From IMG/VR virus record IMGVR_UViG_3300040856_003274, positions 96,001-160,000 of that record: a stretch of DNA of 64,000 bases; one strand, written 5' to 3'. A model generated the notes under the pieces. That model was not told where the DNA came from. It ran no database searches and saw only the letters and a program-made list of their open reading frames with translations. Within the stretch, counting starts at the first letter, position 1, and every line of letters begins with the position of its first letter. A program made the translations under genes and the position numbers. Shown piece after piece: positions 56,942 through 64,000 of this stretch. The DNA comes from a virus.

Positions 56942-57781
56942 ATGATTTACAAAGAGCCTGAATGGTCAAGAGGCGACGGGCTACCTAACTGCCCTAAATG
57001 CGGGGGGAGAGGGTTTTACGACTCCTCAAGCAAAGAAAATCCCGTACCGCAAGTGGTGAGATGCTCATGCACACTGAAAAAGGACATCTTAAGGAATGTT
57101 GAAAGGGGCTGGAAGGGGCTTACAAAAGCAGACAAGATCAGTGAGTCTAGTCTTCTTGATAAGGTTGAGGACTACTGCCACATTACGGCAGACGACAATA
57201 CCCTAAAGGCACACCTTCGGTTTGTCGGTTTAAGACAAGGGCCTGACTGGTCTTTTAAGGTTGTCTCTGACGCAGACTTAATCGTTGCATGGCTCGCCTC
57301 AGCGACGATTAAAGGCGGTGAGATATTCGACCCTGACGCTAATAAGATTTCTACAAAGTTTCTGACGCTTGTAGACTTAATCGAGCCACCTGAGTTTCTT
57401 GTCATTAAGCTCGGTGTGAAGACCGCAAACAACAGCGCCATGCCAAGGGTGCTCTTAGAGGCGATCCAACACAGAAGCCACTTAGGTAAGATTACATGGA
57501 TTGTCGATCAGCCCACCGCAAGACTCAATGAGAGCCACCTTTGCTATTCGATAGAGGTGGATCATGCGCTCAGAGATTGGGAGAAGATTGACCTAATGTC
57601 TAATGTTGTCTCAGCGAAGAAGACTTCTAAGTCTAAGGCATACCGCCCAGGTAAGAGCACCTCCTCGGTATTCGCTAGAGGGCAATCCTCCTCCCAATCC
57701 CACACTAAGTCTGTTGAGATTGGAGATAGGGAGCGTAAGAAAAGTTCAAGCACGTCAGCTAGGGGGGGATGGAAGCGATGA
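56942..57781 (+). CDS. DnaC/DnaI-like helicase loader homologue with Zn finger and degenerate ATPase motifs
   Basis: CPKC...CSC Zn-binding N-terminus, then a loader-like layout ('FLVIKLG', 'LLEAIQHR...KITWIV') without Walker A/B consensus; directly upstream of dnaB. Confidence 0.55.
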   Translation: MIYKEPEWSRGDGLPNCPKCGGRGFYDSSSKENPVPQVVRCSCTLKKDILRNVERGWKGLTKADKISESSLLDKVEDYCHITADDNTLKAHLRFVGLRQGPDWSFKVVSDADLIVAWLASATIKGGEIFDPDANKISTKFLTLVDLIEPPEFLVIKLGVKTANNSAMPRVLLEAIQHRSHLGKITWIVDQPTARLNESHLCYSIEVDHALRDWEKIDLMSNVVSAKKTSKSKAYRPGKSTSSVFARGQSSSQSHTKSVEIGDRERKKSSSTSARGGWKR

Positions 57782-59268
57782 ATATCTTACTTAGGTCTTG
57801 TATCCCTACTACCCCTTCAGAAGACAGTGAGCTATGCGCCCAAAATGCCCGTATTCTTCATGAGAGCGAGCTTGATTTCGGTCAGACTTCTGACGGCGCA
57901 ATCTTTACTTTCATCAAAGACTTTGTGGACATTCACCAACACGCCCCCTCATCTAAGACATTAGAGGAGCACTTCTTAAGCTCAAACGACACCGCATCTA
58001 TCGACAGGCTTCGTGTCTTAGAGACGTATACTCCCTTGTACAGAGGGGACTTTGAGGTGCGCCTCAAGGCTAAAGCTGAAGAGCGCAGAACGAAGCTCTC
58101 TTTAGAGCTTCTAGACGAAGCCAAGAAGATCATCACGCAAGGCATAAAAGTCAAAGAGGGGCGCAAAGAGAAGCTCTTACACGGCGCAGAAGACGCTATC
58201 CACTACTTGATGAACCGAAGCCACGACCTTGTAGCACCTGTGCTCGGCACTAAGCTGAGTGGAGAGGTTACGATGGACGGTCAAGACTTCTATGACAAGT
58301 ACATGAAGACTAAGAATGACCCTCTAGCAGGGCTTGGTCAGATGACGGGCATCCAGCAAATGGATGCTACCTTGAGAGGCGCTAAGCCGAAACAGCTATG
58401 GACACATGCCGCTTTTACAGGAGGCTTAAAGTCAACCTTCATGTTAAATTGGGCTTACAATCAGGCAGTATATTACGGTCACGACAGTATCATCTTTTCG
58501 TTAGAAATGCCGTATGAGCAAGACCGAGATATCCTGTTCGCCATGCACTCTACAAATGCGAGTCTTGAGTCACAGCGTAAGAAATATAATATTAAGACGG
58601 GGCTCGATTATCAGAAGATCAGAGACGGCGAGCTTATGCCTAATGAGGAAGATTACTTACGGGAAGTGGTCGCAGACTTTAGCTCAGGAAAATATGGGAA
58701 AATCCATGTAGAGGTCGCCCCGCCTTCAGCCGAAAACTACACCGTCGCAGACATTAGGGCTCGCGCTGAGCTTATCCACAGCTCGTCTCCTTTAAGCCTC
58801 CTCTTCGTAGACCACGCGGGGCTCATGTCACCAAGGCATTACTCTAACTCGACAACGGAGCGCCTTAATGAGGTACTCCGCGACTTTAAGAAGATGAGTA
58901 TGGGCTTCAATAAAGGAGAGGGGATAGCCGTAGTCTGCCTGTTTCAGATTAGCCGTGAAGGTTTTAAGTCAGCAGAGAAGAATGGCGGTAACTACAATCT
59001 AACTCACCTAAGCTACGCTAATGAGGCAGAACGCTCCAGCGATATTGTCACGACCTCTTACGTAGACGATGACTTGAGGAAGCAAAACTTTGTGCGCTTC
59101 CAATGCCTAAAGTCTCGCGACAACCCACCTTTTGAGCCTTTCCACAGCTCAGTATATTGGCCTACCCGCAGGGTTCAAACTTGCACTCAACAGCCTCTAA
59201 CGGATGCTGAAAAGCAATCTCTAGGTGATCAGATCGACACCGAAGAGATTGACCTTAACGACATCTGA
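57769..59268 (+). CDS. dnaB: DnaB-like replicative helicase
   Basis: 'MTGIQQMDATLRG', Walker A variant AAFTGGLKST, FSLEM, LFVDH, FQISRE, AERSSD, LKSRD. Confidence 0.85.
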   Translation: MEAMNILLRSCIPTTPSEDSELCAQNARILHESELDFGQTSDGAIFTFIKDFVDIHQHAPSSKTLEEHFLSSNDTASIDRLRVLETYTPLYRGDFEVRLKAKAEERRTKLSLELLDEAKKIITQGIKVKEGRKEKLLHGAEDAIHYLMNRSHDLVAPVLGTKLSGEVTMDGQDFYDKYMKTKNDPLAGLGQMTGIQQMDATLRGAKPKQLWTHAAFTGGLKSTFMLNWAYNQAVYYGHDSIIFSLEMPYEQDRDILFAMHSTNASLESQRKKYNIKTGLDYQKIRDGELMPNEEDYLREVVADFSSGKYGKIHVEVAPPSAENYTVADIRARAELIHSSSPLSLLFVDHAGLMSPRHYSNSTTERLNEVLRDFKKMSMGFNKGEGIAVVCLFQISREGFKSAEKNGGNYNLTHLSYANEAERSSDIVTTSYVDDDLRKQNFVRFQCLKSRDNPPFEPFHSSVYWPTRRVQTCTQQPLTDAEKQSLGDQIDTEEIDLNDI

Positions 59269-59275
59269 GTGTCTT

Positions 59276-59842
59276 ATGAGTAGAGCGAGAAACATTAAAG
59301 ACAACACTTCTATCGTGGAAGTGCTCTCAGACCTCGGCTATCACGTACACGCGCATGGGGGAGACAGGGAACAGCAGTTTTCTTGTGACCTTCATGGAGA
59401 TGGTAGTGACAGCAAGCCTTCTGCGCGTGCCTATCCTGACAGCAATAGCTGGTACTGCTTCGCTTGCGGTAAAGTTAGGGACGCGATTTCAACGGTACGC
59501 GAAAAGTGGGGGTATAGCTTCCCTGAAGCGTGCAAGTACCTAGAAGACAAGTACGGTGTAGATTATACTCCATCAGCATATTCTCAAGGGTCAGAGACAG
59601 AGGCTGAAGAAGACCGTACACAAGCGCAGTGGGAACAAGAGGTTAAGAGAACAGAGGCGCTCTTAACCAACTTTAGTAGAGACTTCCAAGACCGATCTTG
59701 GCTTATCCCTTTGTGGGAGGGTTTCGACTACCTTACGTGGCAAAACCAAAAGAAGGGCTTAACACCTCTCAAAGGGCTTGAGTCTTTAAGAGAGAAAGCA
59801 ATCCGATTAGCTAGCATGAAAGTAGCTAGAGGTGACTTATGA
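59276..59842 (+). CDS. stand-alone primase-type CHC2 zinc-finger protein
   Basis: 'FSCDLH....DSKPSA...WYCFACG...DAI......SFPEA' DnaG zinc-binding domain; no TOPRIM domain in the 188 aa; likely ATG at 59276. Confidence 0.85.
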   Translation: MSRARNIKDNTSIVEVLSDLGYHVHAHGGDREQQFSCDLHGDGSDSKPSARAYPDSNSWYCFACGKVRDAISTVREKWGYSFPEACKYLEDKYGVDYTPSAYSQGSETEAEEDRTQAQWEQEVKRTEALLTNFSRDFQDRSWLIPLWEGFDYLTWQNQKKGLTPLKGLESLREKAIRLASMKVARGDL

Positions 59843-60213
59843 TTATTGAGAATGACGTGTTTTACGGTGTTGTTGAGAGGGGCGACTCCCCTAAAGACGC
59901 TTTTAGGAGATTAAAAGCGAGAAACCCTTTCTTCGCCTCGGTGCAGACATACCTAATCAATCAAGAAGATAAGATTAGTAAAGAAGATGTGCTCCGATGT
60001 TTAGGTCTTGAGAAACCTGTCTTCCATGAGAGAAAGTGCAAAGTCTACTTCCTGGGCGATGACACCTTCTACTTCTTCAGGAATAAGAGCCCTGTATCGC
60101 CTATAAAGATTTACGAAGAAGCAGAGAACATTATATCTCGTTGGAAGAGCGGGGACTTAGACGAGAGTGCCATAGAGCAACTAGAGAAAGCTATGAGGGG
60201 ATCACATGAGTGA
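59839..60213 (+). CDS. hypothetical protein
   Basis: 124-aa ORF with ATGA overlap upstream and a short overlap downstream. Confidence 0.55.
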   Translation: MIIENDVFYGVVERGDSPKDAFRRLKARNPFFASVQTYLINQEDKISKEDVLRCLGLEKPVFHERKCKVYFLGDDTFYFFRNKSPVSPIKIYEEAENIISRWKSGDLDESAIEQLEKAMRGSHE

Positions 60214-60442
60214 GTATGAGAAAGTAAAAGACCCGAAGCATTACCAAGGAGAGGGTGGGCTCTCTGCGCTCGACGTAATCAATGCTTTCGGTTTCGGTGA
60301 AGGCTACGCTTTAGGGTCTGCGATTAAGTATATTTTAAGAGCAGGGAAAAAGCCTGGCGAGAGCGCCATAACCGATCTCAAAAAAGCAATGTGTTGCTTA
60401 GAGTCTGTAATCAAGGAGTACGAGAAGAATGAAGAGCAGTAG
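60206..60442 (+). CDS. DUF3310 family protein
   Basis: 'VKDPKHY...ALDVI...GYALGSAIKYILRAGKK....DLKKA' signature. Confidence 0.85.
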   Translation: MSEYEKVKDPKHYQGEGGLSALDVINAFGFGEGYALGSAIKYILRAGKKPGESAITDLKKAMCCLESVIKEYEKNEEQ

Positions 60443-60665
60443 CTGTATCGCAGGTGAGCTTTTCGGAGAGCTTTTCGAGCTCACAGGAGGCAAAGTGGAG
60501 ATAACCCGAAAGCCCACATTTCTTACTCACACTGTATGGGTCGTTTATTACTTAGAGCTAGATAAATGGGCTCAGGTGACCTCTCCACATTTAACAGACG
60601 CTCTCAGAGATGCGATCTCTAATATTAAGAGGCACGATCCGTTAGAGGGGGTTGAGGTATTATGA
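60429..60665 (+). CDS. hypothetical protein
   Basis: 78-aa ORF overlapping both neighbours; RBS AAGGAG upstream. Confidence 0.5.
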   Translation: MKSSSCIAGELFGELFELTGGKVEITRKPTFLTHTVWVVYYLELDKWAQVTSPHLTDALRDAISNIKRHDPLEGVEVL

Positions 60666-61129
60666 ACCCTAAACACCTCAAAGTGCGTGTCGCTCAGTGT
60701 GATCTTATTGCCTCTAACTCGCCTTGCCCGCGCAGGAAAGTAGGGGCGTTAATCATTGACCCTGAGACTAATGTTATCATTAGCGAGGGTTATAACGGCA
60801 CTCCTAGAGGCTCAGATCACCTTTACTGCGGAGGCGCTGGCTGTAAGCGTGAAGAGAAAGACATACCTAGCGGCACAAGAAATGACGTAGGTTGCCACCA
60901 CGCGGAAATGAACGCGATCCTCAACGCTAGCCGAGTAGGTCAATCGACGTTGGGGAAGTGGCTTATCGTCAACTGCGACCCATGTCTAATGTGCGCTAAA
61001 GCAATCCATCATAGTGGTATCGTTAAGGTTTACGCGCCTCTCGATACCTCGTATGATGGTGAGGGACTAAGCTATCTTAGGAAAAACGGTATTGAAACAT
61101 CCTCTCTAAAAGGGGCTACAAGAGAATGA
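60662..61129 (+). CDS. dCMP deaminase (ComEB/T4 Cd-like)
   Basis: SPCPRRKVGA, GYNG, HAEMNAI and PCLMC zinc deaminase motifs. Confidence 0.92.
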   Translation: MNPKHLKVRVAQCDLIASNSPCPRRKVGALIIDPETNVIISEGYNGTPRGSDHLYCGGAGCKREEKDIPSGTRNDVGCHHAEMNAILNASRVGQSTLGKWLIVNCDPCLMCAKAIHHSGIVKVYAPLDTSYDGEGLSYLRKNGIETSSLKGATRE

Positions 61130-61449
61130 TTAAGCAGATACCCAACAGATACAAAATACCTTTAGACGACATAGAAAAGATCGTCATAACCATAGAAGCC
61201 TACCAAAAGCTAATCTCCTTTTATGAGGAGTGGCTCGAAAAGCATGGCCCTTACGAGTATGTTGACGAGAGGATTTGCGCCCTTACCAGTGAGTATTGTG
61301 AATACTTGTTTGCTAAAGAGTATGCGAAAGAGGGGGCTCGAACATTTGGCTCGGATATGAACATCTATAGGTCTGTAGAGAAGGACTTTAAGAGGCATTT
61401 CCCTCACTTAGAATTTATACCTCCGAGGAAGTCTGATGATAGAGATTAA
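61126..61449 (+). CDS. hypothetical protein
   Basis: 107-aa ORF with ATGA overlap upstream. Confidence 0.55.
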   Translation: MIKQIPNRYKIPLDDIEKIVITIEAYQKLISFYEEWLEKHGPYEYVDERICALTSEYCEYLFAKEYAKEGARTFGSDMNIYRSVEKDFKRHFPHLEFIPPRKSDDRD

Positions 61450-61987
61450 GACAGGAGATTGTGTCGAGCGCCTAAAAGACCTAGAAGATAACTCAGTTGA
61501 CGCGGTGATTTGCGACCCACCTTACGGACTTAGGTTTATGTCTAAAGGTTGGGATGATATTGGTGACGGCAGTCAGCAAAGAGAGTGGCATAGAGCATGG
61601 CTGACAGAAGCTCATAGAGTCTTAAAGCCTAATGGAGTCCTCAAGGCTTTCTCAGGGACTCGAACCTTCCATCACCTAATCGCGATGATGGAAGAAATAG
61701 GCTTCTCAGAGTTACGGATAGAGGCTTGGAGTTATGGATCGGGTTTCCCCAAATCTCACAACGTGGCTCTTGGTATAGACAAGAAATACGGTTACGGTAA
61801 CAGAGGTAGGGCAATCCCTACTGCTTCTCGCTTCCAAGCCTCTGACATACAACAAGAAAACAAGCTCACCTCTAACCCTGTGGAAGCATACGAAGCTAAA
61901 ACAGAAGCCTCCAAGCCTTTCCAAGGCTACGGTACGGCTCTAAAGCCTTCATGGGAGCCTATCTGTATTGGAGTAAAACGATGTTAA
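61436..61987 (+). CDS. DNA N6-A/N4-C methyltransferase, N-terminal catalytic fragment
   Basis: GDC, DNSVDAVICDPPY, RVLKPNG, WSYGSGFPKS, GYGTALKPSWEPI; ends without an FxGxG SAM motif. Confidence 0.88.
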   Translation: MIEIKTGDCVERLKDLEDNSVDAVICDPPYGLRFMSKGWDDIGDGSQQREWHRAWLTEAHRVLKPNGVLKAFSGTRTFHHLIAMMEEIGFSELRIEAWSYGSGFPKSHNVALGIDKKYGYGNRGRAIPTASRFQASDIQQENKLTSNPVEAYEAKTEASKPFQGYGTALKPSWEPICIGVKRC

Positions 61988-62172
61988 CCTGTCGAGTCTG
62001 CTTAAACGAGAGTAACCGTTCTTCAATCTGCTCTAAATGTGCAAAACTTACAGCAGAGGGAATAATGGATAAACTGGATAAGAAGAATCAGTTAAAACCT
62101 CTAGAAGCATATAGAAGAACCAACTCAAAAGATGTCTTTGTAGGTGCTCTTAACGGGAGTCGTTCACCATGA
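61981..62172 (+). CDS. small zinc-finger protein
   Basis: MLTCRVC...ICSKC (two CxxC); ATG 61981 overlaps the MTase fragment 1 stop and has GGAG upstream; track start 61951 is less likely. Confidence 0.5.
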   Translation: MLTCRVCLNESNRSSICSKCAKLTAEGIMDKLDKKNQLKPLEAYRRTNSKDVFVGALNGSRSP

Positions 62173-62567
62173 TTGTCACATTATTAAGAAAGCCCTTAGA
62201 GGGAAGCGTAGCCGATAACGTACTGGAACATGGGTGCGGGGCTCTCAACATAGATGCCACTAGGGTAGGTTATGCAACAAAGGGCAGGTGGCCTGCTAAC
62301 TTTATCCTTACTCACCTAGACGTTTGTATTCCTCAAGGTGAAGATTGGGCTTGTGTAGAAGGCTGTCCTGTCAGAGAGCTAGACCGACAAAGTGGTCATC
62401 AAAAGAGCGGTATCGCAGGGTCTAAAAGCAGGGCTTGGGGGGTGGCGGGTAAAGGGCAGCTCTCTTCTACAGAAGATGGAGTAGGATGGAAGGCTTACGG
62501 ATCAGAGGGTTATGGAGATGAGGGTGGAGCTTCGAGGTTCTTCAAACAATTTAAGGAAACAAAATGA
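62169..62567 (+). CDS. DNA methyltransferase, middle fragment
   Basis: RKPLEGSVADNVLEHGCGALNIDATRV, GRWPANFIL, CPVRELDRQSG, YGDEGGASRFF: the middle region of long phage beta-class MTases. Confidence 0.8.
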   Translation: MIVTLLRKPLEGSVADNVLEHGCGALNIDATRVGYATKGRWPANFILTHLDVCIPQGEDWACVEGCPVRELDRQSGHQKSGIAGSKSRAWGVAGKGQLSSTEDGVGWKAYGSEGYGDEGGASRFFKQFKETK

Positions 62568-63007
62568 AAGATGACTTCATGGATCGGATAGACGACATTC
62601 TTAACCCGCCTAATGAAGAGGGCAACACAGGCTTCCCTGCTACCCTCTCAGCACAAGAGCTGCCGAGTAACATTAAGGTGCTCCTCGAACGCTTCTTATC
62701 TGCTTACGAAGCGAACAACTGTATCGACAACAGGGCTTCGGAGAAGCTCTTAGAAGATACCGCAATAAGCGTCCTTCTCGAAATAGCTGAGAGGGTAAAG
62801 AGCGTCAGCCTTGAAAGCCACATCTTAAGATTAGGTGGTGAGATTATCTCTGCAAGCTACACATTAGAAGGGAGACTCACAGTATATAAGCTCCCTCCTA
62901 ACATCATTGAGCCCCTAAAAACAGAGATCAAAATAAGGCTGTATAACCCAATGGTGCATGTTATTTTCGAGGGTGATACTCTCAAGGTATTAGAAGAGTC
63001 TGACTGA
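62564..63007 (+). CDS. hypothetical protein
   Basis: 147-aa ORF, ATGA overlap upstream, TGATG overlap downstream; no motif recognised. Confidence 0.55.
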   Translation: MKDDFMDRIDDILNPPNEEGNTGFPATLSAQELPSNIKVLLERFLSAYEANNCIDNRASEKLLEDTAISVLLEIAERVKSVSLESHILRLGGEIISASYTLEGRLTVYKLPPNIIEPLKTEIKIRLYNPMVHVIFEGDTLKVLEESD

Positions 63008-63666
63008 TGATTGATTACCTTAAAGATATGATCTCACCGCCCTTGGAAGAGGTTGTTATATTAGAGGGTACGACTTCTGAGCTTAATCTCTCTAAGTTGC
63101 CTGACTGCTACGCGCATGGTTTAATCTTAAAGGGAGAGCCTACAGAAGAGGAGTCTTCTGAGATATTCAGAGTCCTAAAGCCAGGTGCTCACGTCGCCAT
63201 AATACCTGAAGGAAGCGGGGTTGGACACAGCGGTGTGATTTCTTTAGAAGATGCAGGCTTCGAGGTTAGAGACGCGATCTTTGTGGCAGAAGACCCTGAC
63301 AGCTTTTATTACACCTCTAAAGCCTCACGGAGAGAGAGGGAAGCAGGGCTTAAAGAAGCTGAAAAGGGTAATAGGTCTAACCCACACCCTACCGTCAAAC
63401 CTATAGACATCATGGAGTGGTGTGCGAGGGACATTGGAAAGAGTAGTCTCGTCGTAGACCCTTTTATGGGTAGCGGTACGACAGGGATAGCTATGGCTAA
63501 ATCAGGGCATAGCTTCATCGGCATTGAGCTCCAAGAAGAGTACGCAGAAGTCTCTCTTAAACGTATACAGCATTGGAGTCCTAACAGTGAGGCAACTTTT
63601 AATGGAGAGCCTGCTAAGAAAGACCTGACAGTATTAGGAGGACTCTTTAGTCTCTTTGGCGATTAA
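63007..63666 (+). CDS. DNA methyltransferase, SAM-binding fragment with degenerate catalytic motif
   Basis: FYYTSKAS..ER, HPTVKP, VVDPFMGSGTTG, FIGIEL; its N-half echoes the catalytic domain (LPD, RVLKPG, LEDAGFEVRD) but DPPY is replaced by GEPT. Confidence 0.85.
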   Translation: MIDYLKDMISPPLEEVVILEGTTSELNLSKLPDCYAHGLILKGEPTEEESSEIFRVLKPGAHVAIIPEGSGVGHSGVISLEDAGFEVRDAIFVAEDPDSFYYTSKASRREREAGLKEAEKGNRSNPHPTVKPIDIMEWCARDIGKSSLVVDPFMGSGTTGIAMAKSGHSFIGIELQEEYAEVSLKRIQHWSPNSEATFNGEPAKKDLTVLGGLFSLFGD

Positions 63667-63716
63667 GCGTCTATTATTCTGTCTCACCAAACACTGGATA
63701 CAAGAGGTGAGATGAG

Positions 63717-64000
63717 ATGTTTAGTAAGCAAGCGAAGCGCGAAGCGATCCGCAAAGTGGCGAAGGCTAATGTTAAGCCTGTGCGCCAACGTACTCAATAC
63801 AACTGCATGACCACAAGCATGGCGATGTGTTTAGAAGCTCTAGGCATCCCAAAAGCAGAGTGTGAGATTAACGTTGTAAACAAGGTGATGGGTGCGATCC
63901 CCATGAAAGGTGCTTCATGGGAGCAGGCGCTCGCGTGTGCTCAGCATTACGGCATTCGAGCTACCCTCACAATGCCGAGCACTGTACGCCAGCTCAAAGA
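63717..64000 (+). CDS. C39-like cysteine peptidase (5' part, cut by window edge)
   Basis: Manual translation MFSKQAKREAIRKVAKANVKPVRQRTQYNCMTTSMAMCLEALG...; Q-x5-C....AM.L pattern of C39 peptidases; RBS GAGGTG; not in the ORF track. Confidence 0.6.
   Translation, partial: MFSKQAKREAIRKVAKANVKPVRQRTQYNCMTTSMAMCLEALGIPKAECEINVVNKVMGAIPMKGASWEQALACAQHYGIRATLTMPSTVRQLK

Noticed and set aside
61975-63310. Introns, inteins or IS insertions explaining the split methyltransferase
   Set aside because: No group I/II intron hallmarks, intein termini, homing endonuclease, transposase, terminal inverted repeats or target duplications seen; each fragment has its own coupled start. RNA data are needed to exclude splicing fully.
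3755-63524. Many short antisense or alternate-frame ORFs in the track (e.g. 51750-52337, 44821-45291, 25439-25816)
   Set aside because: They lie within long motif-bearing genes, have shadow-ORF composition, and lack RBS or family motifs.
1-64000. CRISPR array, tRNA genes, DGR repeats or stop-codon reassignment
   Set aside because: No regularly spaced direct repeats, cloverleafs, reverse transcriptase or near-identical repeat pair noticed; very long ORFs are open in the standard code.

Overview
This 64 kb window reads as part of a large, jumbo-like contractile-tailed (myovirus-type) phage genome in the standard genetic code, with dense, translationally coupled genes. (1) A ~32.6 kb minus-strand block runs HTH-metallophosphoesterase, tail tube, two paralogous tail assembly chaperones, tape measure, two tube-initiator paralogues, baseplate hub, gp5/VgrG-like spike, a triplicated small spike-associated protein, a 3450-aa structural protein and helical proteins. 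It ends in an intact glmS and a small multi-pass membrane protein. (2) A divergent plus-strand block carries gp25-like, baseplate J-like and gpI-like wedge genes, a collar protein and three very large fibre/outer-baseplate proteins. (3) A replication/modification block holds a SNF2 helicase, a degenerate DnaC-like loader, DnaB, a stand-alone primase zinc finger, DUF3310, dCMP deaminase and a C39-like peptidase cut by the window edge. The most striking signal is a beta-class DNA methyltransferase apparently split over three non-adjacent genes: one has catalytic DPPY but no SAM motif, one has the middle region, and one has the SAM motif but a dead catalytic motif. Other signals are apparent CCGG/GGWCC avoidance, plug-in modules shared among the virion proteins, an unannotated 21-aa hydrophobic micro-ORF with a strong RBS, and RBS-overlapping hairpins. 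No sheath, capsid, terminase, tRNA, CRISPR array or mobile element was recognised. All calls come from motif recognition by eye; no searches were run.
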